Positions 58,403-64,000 of a stretch of 64,000 bases of DNA are shown here, piece after piece. Where the stretch lies: positions 1 to 64,000 of the forward strand of contig JALDZX010000020.1 in NCBI GenBank assembly GCA_022813865.1, read 5' to 3'. A program made the translations under genes and the position numbers. Within the stretch, counting starts at the first letter, position 1, and each line of letters opens with the position of its first letter. This stretch comes from Xylographa opegraphella. Taxonomy: Eukaryota. Below the pieces are notes generated by a model. That model had not been told where the DNA came from. It saw only the letters and a list, made by a program, of their open reading frames with translations, and did not search any database.

Positions 58403-60174
58403 TCATTCTTTGCACGTTTCAGAGACTGTTTGCGATGCTGGAGATGCAGAGGAAACATCCACCAACTTCCGTCTTTTGTACGAACCTCGAGCCTCAACTT
58501 TACCCTCCGCAGGCAGAACTCTCGTCGCTGTGAACACATAGCCTTCCGCACCGCCTGGCCCTGTCATCAGTGGATGCGTCCGTCCCGGCAGAACTTGCCA
58601 GTGTCGACACCGAGCCGTGTATATTGCAGGATTGAGCAGTAGCGTAGGATTTAATGGGAAGTCCTCGTTCGGAAAATCGTTGCTAGATGGAGGACCAGTT
58701 TGGAAAGCTGTTCGTCTTGCTGTCGAATAATAGTCGGCCAATTCCGCTAGAGGCTCAATGCTCGGAGAGTATACCACAACCTGAGCTCCACCTCGCAGTA
58801 GTGGAATTGTGTGATGCAGTATCGCAGTTGGGTCCATAACGGACGCAACAATCAAGCCGTCGAAACCACCGGCACGAGTTCGATCCACGACCGCTCTCAC
58901 CTTCTCCCACCGTCGACGCTTTCTGTAGTAGTTGCCTTTCTTGCCACCCTTCATCGTTTGAATTAGCTCGTCGGGAATGACCTCAGGTTCTGCATAGCTT
59001 GAATCTTCGTTCGGAGAAAGAAGTTGGAGCCAAGAAAGAGATTTCAGGTGTGTATGCAGTGGGTGTAACGGGTTTGGACTCGTCAGATCAAAGTCAAAAT
59101 ATGTTAGCAGGGCGAGATTTGGTTGTGCATTTGCATGAATGAGAGTAATAGTATTCGTGTCGGCCGACATTGCTGTGGTTTGCACCTCCAGTGATCTCAT
59201 GGCCGTGGTTGGTGTAGCTGCCGATGAGTCCTCCCCAATGCCATTGGATTTACCTGTGGACCTTGCCTGATCAGTATGAGGTTGATCTTCTCGTGGCGGA
59301 GACAAAATGCCCATTCTCTCAGCCATCGCAGCGACTAGCAGCCCTCCAGTTTCATCCACTATTAACCACCTTCCACCTTTAGAGTCGGGTAGATTGTTTT
59401 CGATCGGATGTGCTTGCGGACCACTATAGTGCACACTGGACCAACTACCCATCAGCGCTAGAATCTCTTCTCTAATTTCCATAACTTTTGAAGGCTCTTT
59501 TTCGTTCAATATCCATTTCAACAAAAGTGGGACATCTACTGGAAGTACAGTAAATCTTCTGAGGTACTTTTTCGCCTTGCGCAGCGTGTATTTCTCGAGG
59601 CCAAAGGAAGTTTTCTGATCCAGTGCGCTGTGCGACTCGAGTATCTTCGCTATAAGAGCTTTCCCTGAGCCAGTCTCTTCCCTTTTTAATGCCTCTATAT
59701 CCATCATTGTTAGCTTTTGACTTCGCGAGTCATCGATGATCTCTCGATTTGTCCGCATGAGAACCTTCCCATCCGAATTGATGACTTCATATTCTACTCC
59801 ATCTCCTCCATTTTCGACATTCTCCTGGTCTTCCGGTTCACGGAGAACGCTAGTATCGTCCTTGATATGTGCATAAGCTTCCACGGTGGAAACTATCCGC
59901 AATGAAGACTGGTCGTTTTGCTCCGCCTTGTCCAAGATTTCGAAAGTAAAATAAAATGGTCGACCAAGAATATGATTGGTTTGGAAAGAACCATATTTGC
60001 CAATTGATATCGTGCTAACAGTAGTATTAGCGACTCCGCGCGAAATTGTAGGAAATCTGAGATCGCTCACTCAAGCTATATGACGTACGTATTTGGAACC
60101 ACCTGGACAAGCTTAATGGTGTCGGAAGGAAGGCGAAGAGCTATATAGGTATGCGGCCGTATCAAGTCGTCCAT
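58403..60174 (-). CDS. TRM6: tRNA m1A58 methyltransferase non-catalytic subunit (Gcd10 family, ~565 aa); exons 60174-60089, 60014-58403
   Basis: TISIGKYGSF, QKLTMMDIEALK, LDQKTSFGLEKYTLRKAKKY, LIVDETGGLLVAAMAERMG, WQVLPGRTHPLMTGPGGAEGY. Intron 60088-60015 (GTACGT..GCTAAT..TAG). Confidence 0.92.
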
Positions 60175-60733
60175 ATCAAACCTGGCTGTCAGTGCTACTG
60201 TTTGTATGTTTCGCAGGACAGGCAGTCCGTTCGAGTAACGCGTCAATCGATACCTCCGGACTACGAAGTACGTGAGTGAATTTTACGGGACGCGGGCGCT
60301 GACAGGGTCCTGAGCCTGTTGGTGGATAGCTCGCATTGGCCTCGCCTTGTGAGAACAGGGGATACGATTGGCTAGAACATGTGCCACAGATTCAAGCCAC
60401 GCAAGCAACGTACGTCGTCAAAACCAAACATTTGATAGGACTAGCTGGTAGGACGTACAATGTTGGATTCTGTATCTACCCAACTATACGCTGGATTTGT
60501 ATAACGAGTCTGGTCAGCCCGTGCTGTTGAAACGTCCTCGACAACTTTGTGTCGTCGAATAGAGTCACATCTGCAGCAGTAAACAATGATGTCTTGACTA
60601 GTCTCTCCAGCCGATTGTGCATGACTTGCTTATACAGCGTGTCCATTTCTAGCGATCTACTTTGGCTTCATCGGCCTATTACTTTCCCATATTCAAAAGC
60701 GGAAGACACTTTCAGCGCAAAACTTCACAAGCT

Positions 60734-63586
60734 ATGGTGACCCGCAAACCCGTCGCATCTGGCTTTAGTGAGTCCCTCAACAACGCACCTCCGCCGATCT
60801 ATCCTACGACCTCTTCGCTGGCGGATAACCAACATCAGTACGAGTATGGGAATCCAGTAGAGTCCGAATTGGGTGGAGGATGGGAGAATGTAGAGACAGA
60901 GAAAGAATCTCACAATGATACCCTCTTACCTTCTGGTCAATCTATTGCTGCGGATAGGTTTGGCGGACAACAAATTCGAACGGAAGAAACGATACCTGCG
61001 TCTTTACAAATAAAACGCCCAGAAGCTACACCCGCAAGTTCCTTCGGTACTCAAAGCTCCGAAGAGCTATTTCCTAGGAGTCTCGAGGCACAGGATGGCG
61101 GCAAAACTCAGCACGGCCTTGATCCACCTCGATCAACAAATCCCTTTCATCGAGTCAAGAGCGCAGAGAGAGCCCCGTCAAATGTACTGCAGTCACAAGA
61201 AGAAAGCAGTGTTGACATCTGGGCTGACTCTGCTAATCCTCTTCTGCCTCCAAGCTCAGCGCCTCCGCTTCCACCTATTGACCATGAGCTTCAAGGTCTC
61301 AGCGACATGTCAATGGAAGATCACGACTCATACTACCAGAACAAAGGATATGGGCCATGGGCATACGATGATGCGTCCAAGAATGGACAAAGTGCCTCGA
61401 TCTCTTTTGATAAGGCCGAGTTATACCCTACGGAAATAGCTCAACAACCATTACCATATGCTAAGAGTACTGCGGATGACCAAAATAATCAAACAGGATG
61501 GTTAGAAGATAACGACAGTGGCTCAAATGGCCTTCGCTCTCCCACTATGGTGACCCATGAACCGTATAGAAGCATTGAAGATCAAAATTCTGGTTCTTCT
61601 CCCGGAATGATCGATGCATTTGACAGTGTTCAGGCCCGATCTCCTCGAGAAGCGAGTTCGTTCGCTCCGCAGCTACCGCCCCGCAGATCTCCAGAGGAGG
61701 ATAGAGCGCCACCTCAACCTCCAAGAACCTCTGTGCAAGGCTTGTCTGAGAGAGCCACGGGAAACTCGAGATCACAACAAGATGCAGCAATAACGCAAGC
61801 AAAGGCTACCAAGCAGAGAAGCGAGACTTACCAGATCAAACATGTCAGATGGACTGACTTCTCTGGAACTACGAGAACGTCTCCGATTATGGTCCAAAAT
61901 GCGAACGGCCCTTGTCCACTTCTGGCATTGGTGAATGCACTTACACTCTCTACTCCTTGGGACGCGGACACCGCTCTTATAGAAACACTCCGGGTCAGGG
62001 AGCAAGTGTCGTTGGGCCTTCTCCTTGATGCTGTGTTCGACGAGCTCATGTCTGGTAGGAGAGGTGATGCTGCCCAGGGACTCCCGGATGTTGGCGAACT
62101 ATACTCATTCTTGATAACTTTGCATACCGGCATGAATGTAAATCCGCGATTCATATCTTCGAGCGAAAATCTTCCAGTCCTTATAGATATCCCGGGGTCT
62201 GACACATCATCCTCAACTTCAGGGCATCGAGTACTAGGCGGATTCGAAGAAACCAGAGAGATGAAACTCTACAGCACTTTTTCCATACCGCTTATTCATG
62301 GCTGGTTACCTTTACAGACCAATCCGGCATACGCTGCGCTTCAGAGATCTGCAAGTACCTATGAAGACGCCCAAAACCTCATGTTTCGAGAAGAAGAGCT
62401 AGAGGACAAGCTCCAAAGAGAGGGCCTTAAGCAGGATGAGCAGATCTTGCTAGAAGACATCGCCAGTATAAAGTATTTTCTTTCGTCTTCAGCAACGCAG
62501 CTTACCGAGTATGGTTTGCACACCATCACTGATATTCTCCAACCAGGTTCCATCGCAATCCTGTTTCGGAATGATCACTTCAGCACTCTGTACAAGCACC
62601 CAAGAACGGGACAGATTTTCACTCTTGTGACTGACATGGGCTATGCGGGTCACGAAGAGGTTGTCTGGGAAAGCATAGTTGATGTTTCTGGAGAAGGCTC
62701 CGAATTTTTCGCTGGCGACTTTAGACCTGTGGGAAACAACAACAATGAGACATATACAGATTCGCAGAATGCTAGTCAATCCAACGGGCAACCTTGGACG
62801 ACCGTTTCCCGTCCCAATCATTCTTCAAGGTCTCAACCTACTCAGAAGATCTCTGGACCGTCAACCACCTTGGCCACCACTTCCAACCCTCAGCGCTTAC
62901 CCACTCCTCCCCATGATCCAGACTACATACTTCCTACCTCCCCTACTACTGAACAAGAAGATCACGACCTGGCTCTTGCATTACAGTTACAGGAGGAAGA
63001 GGAAGATCGCTCTCGCCGCGAGTCCGCCGCGCGACGTCGTGAGGATGAACTCTCTCAGGCTTATCTTGATTCACAAGTATCTCCAACGCAGCGACCAAAT
63101 GCTCAACGAGGCCAGAGTCAAACGACCAGGCCTACGGTACCACCTCGCGGGGGTAGTAATGTGGTCAACACAACCCGTCGTCCGACCCCGCGCGCAGATC
63201 CAGAAGCAGGCGAGGATGCCCCACCCCCAAGCTACGAGCAGGCTGCTAAATCCCAGCCTTATCTTCCCCCGGTTGACGAACCGCCGTATACTCCACCTAC
63301 TCCTATCAACCGTACCGTCTCCGGTGCTGGGTTGCGGTCACCTCCGCAAGGTGCACAAGCAAGGCTAGTGAGCGCCTACGGCCAGCATGCATCATCTGTT
63401 GGGAACCTGCCCCCTACCCATCGGCGCAGCGTGGTTGGAAGACCATCGTCAGGGATGCCAGCGAGGGGTGGTCTGGGAGGCTCTGAAGGCGCTCCAGCAA
63501 TCGCAAGGAGGAGAAGTGCAGGTCCGAGCAACCCGTCATGGGACGTTGATACTGATAAACGCGACAAGGATTGTATTGTTATGTGA
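60734..63586 (+). CDS. MINDY-family (DUF544) deubiquitinase with MIU-like helix, PPxY motif and C-terminal CaaX
   Basis: Catalytic Cys motif QNANGPCPLLALVNAL and His motif ILFRNDHFSTLYK; EQEDHDLALALQLQEEEE; PPPSY; ends KDCIVM*. Start taken as MVTRKP at 60734. Confidence 0.9.
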   Translation: MVTRKPVASGFSESLNNAPPPIYPTTSSLADNQHQYEYGNPVESELGGGWENVETEKESHNDTLLPSGQSIAADRFGGQQIRTEETIPASLQIKRPEATPASSFGTQSSEELFPRSLEAQDGGKTQHGLDPPRSTNPFHRVKSAERAPSNVLQSQEESSVDIWADSANPLLPPSSAPPLPPIDHELQGLSDMSMEDHDSYYQNKGYGPWAYDDASKNGQSASISFDKAELYPTEIAQQPLPYAKSTADDQNNQTGWLEDNDSGSNGLRSPTMVTHEPYRSIEDQNSGSSPGMIDAFDSVQARSPREASSFAPQLPPRRSPEEDRAPPQPPRTSVQGLSERATGNSRSQQDAAITQAKATKQRSETYQIKHVRWTDFSGTTRTSPIMVQNANGPCPLLALVNALTLSTPWDADTALIETLRVREQVSLGLLLDAVFDELMSGRRGDAAQGLPDVGELYSFLITLHTGMNVNPRFISSSENLPVLIDIPGSDTSSSTSGHRVLGGFEETREMKLYSTFSIPLIHGWLPLQTNPAYAALQRSASTYEDAQNLMFREEELEDKLQREGLKQDEQILLEDIASIKYFLSSSATQLTEYGLHTITDILQPGSIAILFRNDHFSTLYKHPRTGQIFTLVTDMGYAGHEEVVWESIVDVSGEGSEFFAGDFRPVGNNNNETYTDSQNASQSNGQPWTTVSRPNHSSRSQPTQKISGPSTTLATTSNPQRLPTPPHDPDYILPTSPTTEQEDHDLALALQLQEEEEDRSRRESAARRREDELSQAYLDSQVSPTQRPNAQRGQSQTTRPTVPPRGGSNVVNTTRRPTPRADPEAGEDAPPPSYEQAAKSQPYLPPVDEPPYTPPTPINRTVSGAGLRSPPQGAQARLVSAYGQHASSVGNLPPTHRRSVVGRPSSGMPARGGLGGSEGAPAIARRRSAGPSNPSWDVDTDKRDKDCIVM

Positions 63587-64000
63587 TTGGGGACGCGGCC
63601 ATGACTTGCTGTATTAAATGGGCGTCGGGAAACTGGAGTGAGAGGCTCGGACTTTGCGATATACCAGATTCGGAGTTCTTACAGCTGTTCGTTACGGCCG
63701 TTTCATGATTGGTACTGAAGAGATACCACCATAAGCTGAGAAAGAAGCTTTATGAAGTTCGCCAAGAATTTACGCATCATGCAGGCGAAACTTTTTGGGC
63801 AGAGACTAGCCTTAATTAGCATACCCCGTAGGACCTCATCGTAGAGCCCTCAAAACAATATTAATAATATTTAAAGCGCATTGGCTTCGAACAACTTGAA
63901 GGTCCGAAGGCCACGTCGCGTGCCACATATATAAGTCATATACTGCCCTTTATAATATACTTGCATTCGTATTATCTCGCGTTTGTTTCGAAGCACACTT

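Overview
Eukaryotic, intron-containing DNA from a filamentous ascomycete (Pezizomycotina; the species cannot be determined from the sequence). Most introns are ~50-75 nt, GT-AG, with CTRAY-type branch sites. I reconstructed 17 protein-coding genes by hand, and for every spliced model the joined exon length divides by three: a Zn2Cys6 transcription factor, a DNAJC7-like TPR/J co-chaperone, a Rua1/Meu26-like regulator, a small orphan alpha/beta protein, a conserved membrane/coiled-coil protein, a repeat-containing AT-hook-like orphan, a Pro-rich conserved protein, the ADP/ATP carrier, KRI1, SIP3/LAM1, VAM7, a large secreted Cys-rich protein of unknown function, a DUF3074 protein, SNT1, RFC3, ARC18, TRM6 and a MINDY deubiquitinase. 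The left third has long microsatellite-rich, strand-skewed intergenic regions; the right half is gene-dense housekeeping DNA. No CRISPR array, intact transposon or secondary-metabolite cluster is visible, and I did not find a convincing new multi-gene system. Best leads: (i) an accessory block at ~40.2-44.2 kb with a decayed short-chain dehydrogenase relic and a ~789-aa secreted Cys-rich protein with a central hydrophobic segment; (ii) a tRNA-like element with a perfect B-box and encoded CCA at ~23.7 kb; (iii) abrupt switches in third-position GC inside several genes; (iv) a perfect heat-shock element before the co-chaperone and twin CCG-N7-CCG sites before the ADP/ATP carrier. Family names come from motif recognition, not from database searches.
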